55,732 bases of DNA from an uncultured virus (IMG/VR IMGVR_UViG_3300028277_000001) (Duplodnaviria; Heunggongvirae; Uroviricota; Caudoviricetes). Below are positions 48,123 to 55,729 of this stretch, piece after piece (within the stretch, counting starts at the first letter, position 1; the number at the start of each line of letters is the position of its first letter). The stretch spans positions 62,001 to 117,732 of IMG/VR virus record IMGVR_UViG_3300028277_000001. One strand, given 5' to 3'. Both the position numbers and the translations under genes were made by a program. The notes below the pieces were generated by a model. That model saw only the letters and a list, made by a program, of their open reading frames with translations. It had not been told where the DNA came from and made no database searches.

Positions 48123-49028
48123 CTAAAATTCATTTATTTGCTCCATTAAGATTTTAAGTTTATGTTTTATAAAATAATTAAAAAGTTTAGATCTACCAAC
48201 TTCGGGTAAATTATCATATTCATCTACAATATTGGTTTGCAACCATTCAGGTATTTTAGTCAAATCTATCAACATTTCATTTCTACGATAATTACGTAAC
48301 TGTTCACCTTCGCAAAAAGCATCAGGGTCAAGTTCAGACCAAACTGATACTTTTTTCTTCAATATGGGGGTTTGTCTTTTATCGGTAACAAACGTGTCGT
48401 CGGAAGACATAAAATTAGGAACACCATCGGTTGCATCACCCCTCAATATATGCTCTCTTAAAAAATTAACCGGATTATCACTATTGAGATATTTTTTAGA
48501 GAGGGGCGAATATTGAGTTACATTTTCATATTTTTGTAATTGAATAAAATCTTTATCACTTGATAATATTAAAACGGGTTCTGGAACAAAAAATAATTCT
48601 TCAATAGATGTAACAACTGCATCAGAATCATGACCATCTTTCAATTTACTCGTTTTCTTTTCTCGAAACATTACAAGAGTAGCAATAATATCATCTGCCT
48701 CTGCTTTATCTATATATACAACTTTATAAGGAAAATTTTCACTTAACTCTTCTCGAATTTTATGTAATATTCTATACAATTCAGACCAATCAAAATCAGA
48801 TTTATCTTTTATTATTTTTCTATTAGCTTTATAATATTTAAATACATCTTTTCGCCAATTATTTCTCGCATCACAGCAAACAACTAAGTTACCGTATTCC
48901 TCGTTAAATTTATGATGATACATTCTTATAGTATTTAATACTGTATGTCTGACATAATCTTCAGACATTAGTTTTTTATTCATCATCACATTTGCAATAA
49001 CGATTTGCGAATAATCAAGTAATATCAT
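48123..49028 (-). CDS. rnh: T4-type RNase H / 5'-3' exonuclease
   Basis: MILLDYSQI, WRK..YKANR, EADDII, SSDKDFIQL, GD.TDGVPN, LIDL. Confidence 0.92.
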   Translation of the reverse strand: MILLDYSQIVIANVMMNKKLMSEDYVRHTVLNTIRMYHHKFNEEYGNLVVCCDARNNWRKDVFKYYKANRKIIKDKSDFDWSELYRILHKIREELSENFPYKVVYIDKAEADDIIATLVMFREKKTSKLKDGHDSDAVVTSIEELFFVPEPVLILSSDKDFIQLQKYENVTQYSPLSKKYLNSDNPVNFLREHILRGDATDGVPNFMSSDDTFVTDKRQTPILKKKVSVWSELDPDAFCEGEQLRNYRRNEMLIDLTKIPEWLQTNIVDEYDNLPEVGRSKLFNYFIKHKLKILMEQINEF

Positions 49029-50197
49029 TTTATAATTTTAAGAAGTATAGTTTCATTATTAATACGACCAGTTAAATCTTTTTCTTTAGACTTAATAGAA
49101 TCATATTGTCGTTTAATCACCAGTTTACTTCCAGAAAGTATCTTTGTTAATATACTTTCTGGTTTTCTTAATGTTTTACATTTAGAAAGGGTTAAATTGA
49201 ATCCTTGAATAGTGCTTCCTTTTACAGATAGACCAGCAGGCCCATCGGATTTATACATACCAAGTTTACGATACTTTGAATTAAATACATACAATTGATC
49301 AGCACCAATAATTTCAGAAGGATTAATTGATACTATTTTATACTCATCATCTTGTTTTTTATACTTCAATTTGGAAATTTGTTTAATAATTGAAACTTGT
49401 TTTTTCTTTCGTGGAAGTTTTTGACTGTTAACATTGGCGGAATATCGTTCACAGTCATTAATAATTGCGTGTATAAACTTACCATATTCAATAAATTGGT
49501 TCTTCGTCATGTTGGCATAAGATTCTGCTACATAGTCATCTGTTGATACCAATTCTAGTTCTTTTAAATACGGCTGAAATTCATTTGATATTTTTTTAGC
49601 AATTAATCCTTTAATTCCTTTCTTAACCAACCAATCATATGTGCTTATGGTCGACTCATAATTATTATCAATGAAGTCATCTATGGTACCTTCTAGTTCA
49701 GTAGCATAGTGAACTACTTGTTCTCTTATATGATCTTGTATTGATGGTTTGTTATCTCCATTAGTTTCTTTTTCTTCAACTTTTTTCTGAACAACAACAG
49801 AACCATTTCGCTTACAAAATTCTATATAAGATTTAATTGTTTTTACATATTTTTCTGGAAGAGTTTCAAAACCTCTCAATACCATTCTTCCAAGAAATCC
49901 AGCAGTTCTTAAATTAATAATTGTTGAACCTTCAATAAAAACACCAGACTTCCCCCAGGAAGAAAGTTTAACATGTAGAGTATCTTCTTTAGAATATCCA
50001 GCATGTTTCATATAATCAATCAACCAACGTTTAGCTTGGTCTGCTTCACAAAAATGCGAATACCAATTCAATCCAGTCGCAATATCAATCCACTTAGATT
50101 TATCATCGAAGACGGGTTCGGAATCCTTCTGTAATTTATCAAAAGCTTTTCTTGAACTAATAAAGGTATTAACTTTTTTTGATTTCTTTAGCGGCAT
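49025..50197 (-). CDS. Conserved phage hypothetical protein
   Basis: 390-aa coupled ORF; LNWY, GLSVKGSTI, KTLRKP and GRIN..TILL motifs I recall from T4-like phages. Confidence 0.7.
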   Translation of the reverse strand: MPLKKSKKVNTFISSRKAFDKLQKDSEPVFDDKSKWIDIATGLNWYSHFCEADQAKRWLIDYMKHAGYSKEDTLHVKLSSWGKSGVFIEGSTIINLRTAGFLGRMVLRGFETLPEKYVKTIKSYIEFCKRNGSVVVQKKVEEKETNGDNKPSIQDHIREQVVHYATELEGTIDDFIDNNYESTISTYDWLVKKGIKGLIAKKISNEFQPYLKELELVSTDDYVAESYANMTKNQFIEYGKFIHAIINDCERYSANVNSQKLPRKKKQVSIIKQISKLKYKKQDDEYKIVSINPSEIIGADQLYVFNSKYRKLGMYKSDGPAGLSVKGSTIQGFNLTLSKCKTLRKPESILTKILSGSKLVIKRQYDSIKSKEKDLTGRINNETILLKIIK

Positions 50198-51155
50198 AAT
50201 CTAAGTCATATGTTAAGTTATCGAGAAAATCAGTCCATTGGTCAATTCGCTTATCCCAACTATAATGAGTATGTGAATATTCCACTGCATTATCAAGATT
50301 TTTTTGAACATCTTTTGTCCAGTATATATCCATTACATCTTCAAGTTCATCAGCAAATTTTTCAGCATGTTTATTTTTATTTTCTGTATAATTATACATG
50401 TACGCAAACTCGCCACATGTTTCGGGTAAAGCGCCCCAATTAGAAGTAACAATTGCACAATGAGCAGACATTGCTTCCATGGCAACTCTGCATGAAGTTT
50501 CTTGCCAAGTAGACGGATAGGCCAATATATGCATATTTTTCCAGTGGTTTCTCATTTCATCGTAAGGAACTGCTCCATAATACGTCACTCTTGGGTCCGA
50601 TTCGCACTTTTCAAATAAATGTTTATAGGGTTCATCGTTTTGCTTCCATCCATACAAACTATAACTAGAAAAAACATGTAAATGAAAATCAGTCCTATCA
50701 ATTAAATCCAAGGAGGCCATAAGCACATCAAGACCTCGTTGAGGAGTTGATGCGTATACTAATTGAAGATCCTTTGTTTCAGATTTTTGGTGTTTAGGAA
50801 TAGGAACAATAGCATTTTTAATCACTTCACCACGTTCATATGGTATTTTTAATAATGTATTAAACTGCTGTTGTTGCCAGTGACTAACGAAAACTAATTT
50901 ATCAAACAGGTCTATTGATGGAGTTGTTAGTAAAGAATGAACGGGATCTAATGCAAGATCATGTAACCAATAAATCCTACGTTTATTTTCTTCTATATCA
51001 TTAACTCTTGAAACAATAAATTGAAATTTATCTTTATATTCTTGAGACAATCTGCGGAATAATTCCATTGAAAGAAGTTCTGTCCCGCCTAAAGAATTTT
51101 CAGCAAGATTCCCTTTTTCGTGTTGAGGTATTTTTACATCTACATTATCAAGCAT
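50169..51155 (-). CDS. Glycosyltransferase family 4-like protein
   Basis: GGTE, WLHD, FVSHWQ, YASTPQRGLD, ETSC..AMEAM (Ex7E), GALPET. Confidence 0.85.
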   Translation of the reverse strand: MLDNVDVKIPQHEKGNLAENSLGGTELLSMELFRRLSQEYKDKFQFIVSRVNDIEENKRRIYWLHDLALDPVHSLLTTPSIDLFDKLVFVSHWQQQQFNTLLKIPYERGEVIKNAIVPIPKHQKSETKDLQLVYASTPQRGLDVLMASLDLIDRTDFHLHVFSSYSLYGWKQNDEPYKHLFEKCESDPRVTYYGAVPYDEMRNHWKNMHILAYPSTWQETSCRVAMEAMSAHCAIVTSNWGALPETCGEFAYMYNYTENKNKHAEKFADELEDVMDIYWTKDVQKNLDNAVEYSHTHYSWDKRIDQWTDFLDNLTYDLDYAAKEIKKS

Positions 51156-51202
51156 AATTCACCTTTATATTCAAAACAATTGACCTTCCACAAACAAGAT
51201 CA

Positions 51203-51406
51203 TTAAATATTATTATTAAAACCTTCTTTTATTTGCAATAAACCTTTTGTTCCACAATGGGGACAATACATTGATTTTACTATTTTCTTATGCATTTCTT
51301 CTTTATTGTCAATAGTTTTTACATAACTCCACCATTTCTCGCATTTTCCACAATTAAAATGATATAACATTTCATAAACAAAAACATGTTCCCATTCATC
51401 GAGCAT
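51203..51406 (-). CDS. Small zinc-ribbon protein
   Basis: CGKC..WWS and CPHCG. Confidence 0.7.
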   Translation of the reverse strand: MLDEWEHVFVYEMLYHFNCGKCEKWWSYVKTIDNKEEMHKKIVKSMYCPHCGTKGLLQIKEGFNNNI

Positions 51407-51469
51407 AACAATTTCTTTCTATTGCGTAAATGTTTTGTCAAAAAAACCAAAGTAACATATAAGGATTCC

Positions 51470-51718
51470 TTAATTTAAATAGGGCGAGTCTACATCTTTA
51501 ACTTCGGGGCTTTTGGCAGACATTTTTTCACAAAAATCATGAAAATCATCTAAATTGTCTTCTTCGTGAAAATGAGCTTCATCATAACGTGTAAATAATT
51601 CTTTTGCTTCCCGCAACATTTCGACACGAAATTCGTGGATTGTGCCATCGGGCTCATGAGCCAATAAACAACCCTGTTCTTTTTTATAAAACAAATCTAT
51701 ACTTGTTATCGAAAACAT
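51470..51718 (-). CDS. Hypothetical protein
   Basis: Start more likely MFSITS (51718); the upstream GTG extension runs through a GC-rich hairpin. Confidence 0.6.
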   Translation of the reverse strand: MFSITSIDLFYKKEQGCLLAHEPDGTIHEFRVEMLREAKELFTRYDEAHFHEEDNLDDFHDFCEKMSAKSPEVKDVDSPYLN

Positions 51719-51736
51719 TATTATATTATGTTGAAG

Positions 51737-51816
51737 TCGAATGATTGAAAGGGGCGCGGCCTGGGTGGTGGGGGTGCAGATCCATTCTTCCACTCAGACC
51801 TCCCTGCGCCATTCGA
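51737..51816. ncRNA. Candidate structured RNA / long GC-rich hairpin
   Basis: tcgaatg/cattcga, gcgc/gcgc and ggcctgggtgg/ccactcagacc stems; 42 of 60 nt G+C in 51751-51810. Confidence 0.5.
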
Positions 51817-51820
51817 AAAA

Positions 51821-52009
51821 TTATTTATTATTTGATGTTTTTATATTTATAAAAACATATAAAAGAGCAAAAAACACACCTAAAATAATAAAAAGCTGAA
51901 GAGGTAAAAACACTGCACTCCAGCTCCATAAAATATTACCTGTTAATTTTAATATTATTAAAATTAACGTTATAACAAAAAATAATGGACCAATGGAAAC
52001 AATTTTCAT
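51821..52009 (-). CDS. Small two-helix membrane protein
   Basis: Hydrophobic; ILKLTG.I.WSW..VFLPL motif. Confidence 0.7.
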   Translation of the reverse strand: MKIVSIGPLFFVITLILIILKLTGNILWSWSAVFLPLQLFIILGVFFALLYVFINIKTSNNK

Positions 52010-52227
52010 CTAGTTGATTTCCCAACAATCCTTGTATAAAAATCTCGGTCCATTGAAACATTAATATTAGAACCCATTCTTTGATTTTCTGAAATCACGG
52101 GTTTAATTTGTTCTGGTACAATACATTCTAATTTTGTAATTTTACCACCTTTTTCTAAATATTCATCAATTTTAACATTTAAATTGCTTCTTGATATTTT
52201 AAATTTCTTTTTAGTCTTCTTAGCCAT
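52006..52227 (-). CDS. Hypothetical protein
   Basis: EYLEKGGKITK motif common in small phage proteins; GAG RBS. Confidence 0.7.
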   Translation of the reverse strand: MAKKTKKKFKISRSNLNVKIDEYLEKGGKITKLECIVPEQIKPVISENQRMGSNINVSMDRDFYTRIVGKSTR

Positions 52228-52270
52228 TTTTCTCGATTATAATAGGTTAATTATAAAAAAACAATTTTCG

Positions 52271-52314
52271 TATTTATTGTTTATTGAATACTTATTTATT
52301 GTTTATTGAATACT
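52271..52314. repeat. Exact 22-bp tandem duplication
   Basis: tatttattgtttattgaatact x2. Confidence 0.85.
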
Positions 52315-52388
52315 TACGAATAAGACATTCAATACCATCCTCAATTGCTGACCGATCTTTTACAAAGTTTCTCAGTCGTTTTACAATT

Positions 52389-52826
52389 TCAAGATATGTC
52401 ACGAATAAAAACAGAATTCAAATCCTCAAATCCATTCCAATCATAACGAAAGTCGCAACCTTTTTCGGACAAAGTATGTAGTTCAGTGCAATCCCAAGTA
52501 GCAACTTGCCATTCATTCTTTGAGGCAACCCAAACATAAACATATTCAAGATGTGAACTTTCTTTAATATATTCTTCAAATTCAAAATAGTTTTCATATG
52601 TTATTGGTTCGAGATCATTGCCCCGATCTGCATGAGAATCTTCAATCGATTTTTCTAAGGATGATGCGTAACCCAAAGACGTTGCCAGCTCATAGGCTTT
52701 TTCTTTATTATTATAGGTTTCTAACAACCGTTCACCAACACCTCTTATATAACCATCATAATGTATGTATGATGTAGTAACTTTCCAATCCTCATCCATA
52801 TATGCAACTAAACTGTTCGTACTCAT
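52389..52826 (-). CDS. Conserved phage hypothetical protein
   Basis: MSTNS..YIHYDGY..GVG..L..YN; AAGGAG RBS. Confidence 0.8.
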   Translation of the reverse strand: MSTNSLVAYMDEDWKVTTSYIHYDGYIRGVGERLLETYNNKEKAYELATSLGYASSLEKSIEDSHADRGNDLEPITYENYFEFEEYIKESSHLEYVYVWVASKNEWQVATWDCTELHTLSEKGCDFRYDWNGFEDLNSVFIRDIS

Positions 52827-52867
52827 AATATATCTCCTTTAGCCTATTATAATCACATTATCATAAA

Positions 52868-52954
52868 TTAAAAAGAATACATAATAATTATCGTCAAATA
52901 CATCATACCAAACAACAATAACGCTGTTGTAATTTCTTTAATCAACATAGTCAT
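52868..52954 (-). CDS. Small hydrophobic peptide (28 aa)
   Basis: MTMLIKEITTALLLFGMMYLTIIIMYSF*, directly behind a promoter and the GAGATTTGA leader. Confidence 0.5.
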   Translation of the reverse strand: MTMLIKEITTALLLFGMMYLTIIIMYSF

Positions 52955-53009
52955 AATCAAATCTCAGTTGAGTTAAAACAGAAAGGAATAATTCCTAACC
53001 TTCACTTAT

Positions 53010-53038
53010 ATTATCTCAAATATAGGATGAAGTGTCAA
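53010..53038 (-). promoter_or_regulatory. Sigma70-type early promoter
   Basis: TTGACA-N17-GATAAT with extended -10 TG. Confidence 0.75.
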
Positions 53039-53047
53039 GTCTTTTCT

Positions 53048-53452
53048 TCATTTGGTTCCAGTGTATGTGAAAGGCTTATCCCATTTTCCAATACCGGTAA
53101 AGACATAAAATGCCGTAGAAAAATAATCAGTCATCATATCTGAATCATCGTACCAATCTTTTCCCCCATCTTTTGCAGGAGCGGTTTTGGCAATCGTGTC
53201 AATTCGATCTAACAGTGTCTTTACTTCGTCTTTCGGAGTCATCCAAGGAGAAACTCTTCCGAACCCATATCCGTTCCCTTCGTTACAATCGTATTCTGGA
53301 TTGGCCTCTAAATTCCATTTAGTAGATGACAACAATTTAATATCTACACCAGAGTGGTGTCTGTTTTTCACTGAAAATTTCAGTGTTTTTCCGAACTCTT
53401 CTTTAAGAGCTTTACGGATTGATTTCGTTTCTTCTGAACTAAGATGGGCCAT
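53048..53452 (-). CDS. Hypothetical protein (LPD29-like)
   Basis: KSIRKALKEEF..LKFSV..DSDMMTDYF; start MAHLS at 53452. Confidence 0.65.
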   Translation of the reverse strand: MAHLSSEETKSIRKALKEEFGKTLKFSVKNRHHSGVDIKLLSSTKWNLEANPEYDCNEGNGYGFGRVSPWMTPKDEVKTLLDRIDTIAKTAPAKDGGKDWYDDSDMMTDYFSTAFYVFTGIGKWDKPFTYTGTK

Positions 53453-53501
53453 TTTCAAATCTCGTTTGGGTTAACTTAATCTTTACTCATTCTCTACTAC
53501 T

Positions 53502-53530
53502 ATGGTATCAAATCCAGCTGAAAGTGTCAA
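53502..53530 (-). promoter_or_regulatory. Sigma70-type early promoter
   Basis: TTGACA-N17-TACCAT with extended -10 TG; shares cTTGACActt...tttga with the 53010 promoter. Confidence 0.65.
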
Positions 53531-53549
53531 GCTAAACCATAATTATATA

Positions 53550-53624
53550 TGGTACTCCGTATGGGTTCTGCCCCCATCTGACTGCCTTGAAAGGACAGTG
53601 ACCACACTAGCCGTCCCACGGAGC
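53550..53624 (-). tRNA. trnE: tRNA-Glu(TTC), non-canonical D/T loops
   Basis: Acceptor gctccgt/acggagt + ACCA; anticodon arm ctgtc-ctTTCaa-ggcag; T arm atggg-GGCAGAA-cccat. Confidence 0.8.
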
Positions 53625-53625
53625 A

Positions 53626-53940
53626 TTATTTATAATCAAACCATCTAATGGGTTTGTTGTATCGTGTTAATAGTTCGTCTAAATTTATAATCAATTCATC
53701 AGACTTGAAGTCCCAAAGCCAATCGCTTAATGCGTTCCAATCTTCTGTTTGCATCACAGGAAGATGGATTTCCCAACCACGAGGATGGAAGTTTTCGTTT
53801 TCGGAATCACCACCTCTAATATCAATTCTACCACCTGACCATTCACCACCGTGTTTATCTGTCCATTCTCGACCCTTTTCTAACAGACACCATTCGGCAT
53901 CTATTGGCCCCATCCAGTTCGAACAATAATTATATTTCAT
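53626..53940 (-). CDS. Hypothetical protein
   Basis: 104-aa ORF with ATGA-type overlap. Confidence 0.7.
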   Translation of the reverse strand: MKYNYCSNWMGPIDAEWCLLEKGREWTDKHGGEWSGGRIDIRGGDSENENFHPRGWEIHLPVMQTEDWNALSDWLWDFKSDELIINLDELLTRYNKPIRWFDYK

Positions 53941-54233
53941 GGTACTTTTGGCCCTGTTATACCACCGTGTTTTTCACACACTTCATCCACCACTTCGATA
54001 GGAACCCATCCATAAACTGTCCCTGTCAATTCATCTTTGTTTTCAGCATAACTTTCTATCAACGATTCTGCTGAACTCGGAAAACCAATTTCAACGGTGT
54101 ATGGCCCACTGTAATGGTAATGACTATTCTGCACGCTCATAGAAAATCCATCTTTACATTCTACGACAGATACTAGCTCTGGCCGATATTTGAGGTGTCC
54201 TCTATATTTATTCATGTATGTTGATATATTCAT
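53937..54233 (-). CDS. Conserved phage hypothetical protein
   Basis: CKDGFSMSVQ..VEIGFPS..TVYGWVP..KHGG. Confidence 0.75.
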   Translation of the reverse strand: MNISTYMNKYRGHLKYRPELVSVVECKDGFSMSVQNSHYHYSGPYTVEIGFPSSAESLIESYAENKDELTGTVYGWVPIEVVDEVCEKHGGITGPKVP

Positions 54234-54520
54234 TCCAAATCCATGTTTAAGGTTTCTAAATCAGACATTTTAATTTCTTCCGTCATCATCAGTGTTAAAA
54301 AGCACGACCACGCATCGTCTTCTGTGCCAAAATCTTTATCGTATGAGGCAAACCCCTTTTCAGATAATCCTCTCACGGATACTCTAAATGTGAAGATTAC
54401 CGAATGTGGGGTGATGTCGCCATGATAAACTACGAGTGCCAATTCTTCACATTCACCATGAACGGAAGTTTGGTGAAATGACAAATCAGTTTTTTTATAT
54501 ATTTCAACTCTCGGTATCAT
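54230..54520 (-). CDS. Hypothetical protein
   Basis: 96-aa ORF between tRNA-Trp and the next gene, with ATGA overlap. Confidence 0.65.
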   Translation of the reverse strand: MIPRVEIYKKTDLSFHQTSVHGECEELALVVYHGDITPHSVIFTFRVSVRGLSEKGFASYDKDFGTEDDAWSCFLTLMMTEEIKMSDLETLNMDLE

Positions 54521-54531
54521 ATCATTTTCTC

Positions 54532-54605
54532 TGGCTGGTCATGTAGGAATCGAACCCACGTCTTCAAGTTTGGAATTTGAGGTTTTACCATTAAACTAAT
54601 GACCA
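54532..54605 (-). tRNA. trnW: tRNA-Trp(CCA)
   Basis: tggtcat/atgacca + GCCA; loop ttCCAaa; TTCGATT. Confidence 0.88.
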
Positions 54606-54612
54606 TTTAAAC

Positions 54613-54687
54613 TGGAGCCTCGTATTGGAATCGAACCAATATCTGAAGATTACAAATCATCTGTAATTGCCATTATACTAACAAGGC
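54613..54687 (-). tRNA. trnT: tRNA-Thr(TGT)
   Basis: gccttgt/acgaggc + TCCA; gatga-ttTGTaa-tcttc; TTCGATT. Confidence 0.85.
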
Positions 54688-54689
54688 GT

Positions 54690-54765
54690 TGGTAGGCGTG
54701 GGTGGATTTGAACCACCTTTGGAAGTATATAAGACTCCGAGCTTAACCAATTAGCAGACACGCCT
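54690..54765 (-). tRNA. trnI: tRNA-Ile(TAT)
   Basis: aggcgtg/cacgcct + ACCA; ggagt-ctTATat-acttc; ggtgg-TTCAAAT-ccacc. Confidence 0.85.
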
Positions 54766-54780
54766 ATTGTTACTAAAATA

Positions 54781-54854
54781 TGGCGGCCTTTGAGGTATTT
54801 GAAACCTCCCTAAATGCTTGACAAGCATTCGTGCTACCACTACACCAAAAGGCC
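54781..54854 (-). tRNA. trnD: tRNA-Asp(GTC)
   Basis: ggccttt/aaaggcc + GCCA; aatgc-ttGTCaa-gcatt. Confidence 0.9.
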
Positions 54855-54860
54855 AAATTG

Positions 54861-54937
54861 TGGTGGCGGAGGTGAGAATCGAACTCACTTTATACCTGCT
54901 TATGAGACAGGTCAAGATGCCTACCTTGCCCTCCGCT
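54861..54937 (-). tRNA. trnM: tRNA with CAT anticodon (Met/fMet-like; subtype uncertain)
   Basis: agcggag/ctccgcc + ACCA (A1:C72 mismatch); cctgt-ctCATaa-gcagg; TTCGATT. Confidence 0.8.
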
Positions 54938-54964
54938 ATTGTTAAAATAATCTTCTATGAAAAA

Positions 54965-55040
54965 TGGAGCGAGTAGAGGGATTCGAACCCCCACCAAAAG
55001 ATTGGAAATCTCTTGTGCTACCCTTGAACACCATACTCGC
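54965..55040 (-). tRNA. trnG: tRNA-Gly(TCC)
   Basis: gcgagta/tactcgc + TCCA; agaga-ttTCCaa-tcttt; TTCGAAT. Confidence 0.92.
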
Positions 55041-55052
55041 AGTCTATTATAG

Positions 55053-55322
55053 TTATTTTGCCAGAATAGTTAGTTTGTCAAGCTGTCCGATAGGATCATA
55101 TCCTGGCATAATGTCACACACTCTATTATCTTTCAAATGAGTTTGTAATCGATCACTAACGTGATCATATACACCTTCGTGTTGTTCCATCATATCAGCC
55201 ATCATTGAAATCAGATAACCAAACTCGTGATATATTCTATTAGGTTCTGATACATCATAATGAACAGAACTTTCCTCCAACATCTGTTTCACTGTTTCTT
55301 CATTCTTACGCCAAGTATTCAT
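55053..55322 (-). CDS. Hypothetical protein embedded in the tRNA array
   Basis: 89-aa ORF with AGGTG RBS. Confidence 0.7.
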   Translation of the reverse strand: MNTWRKNEETVKQMLEESSVHYDVSEPNRIYHEFGYLISMMADMMEQHEGVYDHVSDRLQTHLKDNRVCDIMPGYDPIGQLDKLTILAK

Positions 55323-55363
55323 TTATCACCTGTATCATATTAAATATTTATCATAATGTAAGT

Positions 55364-55488
55364 AAAGAGTAGATAGGAACATGAGCATGTCGCCCGTCTG
55401 TACACGCTCTTAGCGTGCCAACATTTATAATGAGACTCGATTACGGGATTTCTTGCGCTCCGCTTCCACATTCCTATCCACTCTTCAT
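55364..55488 (-). ncRNA. Candidate novel structured ncRNA (~125 nt)
   Basis: 19-bp terminal stem aagagtggataggaatgtg / catgttcctatctactctt (all three deviations are G-U); inner cccgt/acggg and gcacgct-aag-agcgtgt; starts at the predicted TSS of a consensus promoter. Confidence 0.7.
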
Positions 55489-55493
55489 ATACT

Positions 55494-55522
55494 ATTATAC
55501 AGTAAAGTAAACTGTTTGTCAA
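55494..55522 (-). promoter_or_regulatory. Perfect-consensus sigma70 promoter
   Basis: TTGACA-N17-TATAAT. Confidence 0.85.
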
Positions 55523-55544
55523 GTTATTTCTCAACTATTTTCAC

Positions 55545-55636
55545 TGGCAGAGCCGACAGGATTCGAACCTGTGGAAGTTTTATTAAACCCCTCTTCATTA
55601 GCAATGAAGTGCTTTAGGCCACTCAGCCACGACTCT
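55545..55636 (-). tRNA. trnS: tRNA-Ser(GCT)
   Basis: agagtcg/cggctct + GCCA; cttca-ttGCTaa-tgaag; long variable arm. Confidence 0.92.
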
Positions 55637-55644
55637 ATTAATTT

Positions 55645-55729
55645 TGGCGGAGGACACAGGATTCGAACCTGCAAAGTTTTTACGCCCGGCTGTTTTCAAA
55701 ACAGTTTCCTAACCACTCGGCTATCCTCC
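55645..55729 (-). tRNA. trnS: tRNA-Ser(TGA)
   Basis: ggaggat/gtcctcc + GCCA; loop ttTGAaa; long variable arm; TTCGAAT. Confidence 0.88.

Noticed and set aside
51406..51445. TTGACA upstream of the zinc-ribbon gene as a promoter
   Set aside because: No acceptable -10 hexamer at 16-18 nt spacing
260..54425. Numerous plus-strand ORFs and short nested minus-strand ORFs in the ORF track
   Set aside because: They lie antisense to or inside well-supported coupled genes, lack motifs, and have the F/I/S/L-rich composition of shadow frames
55340..55534. 64-aa ORF in the tRNA array
   Set aside because: It spans a consensus promoter and a G-U-containing RNA stem; the ncRNA explanation fits better
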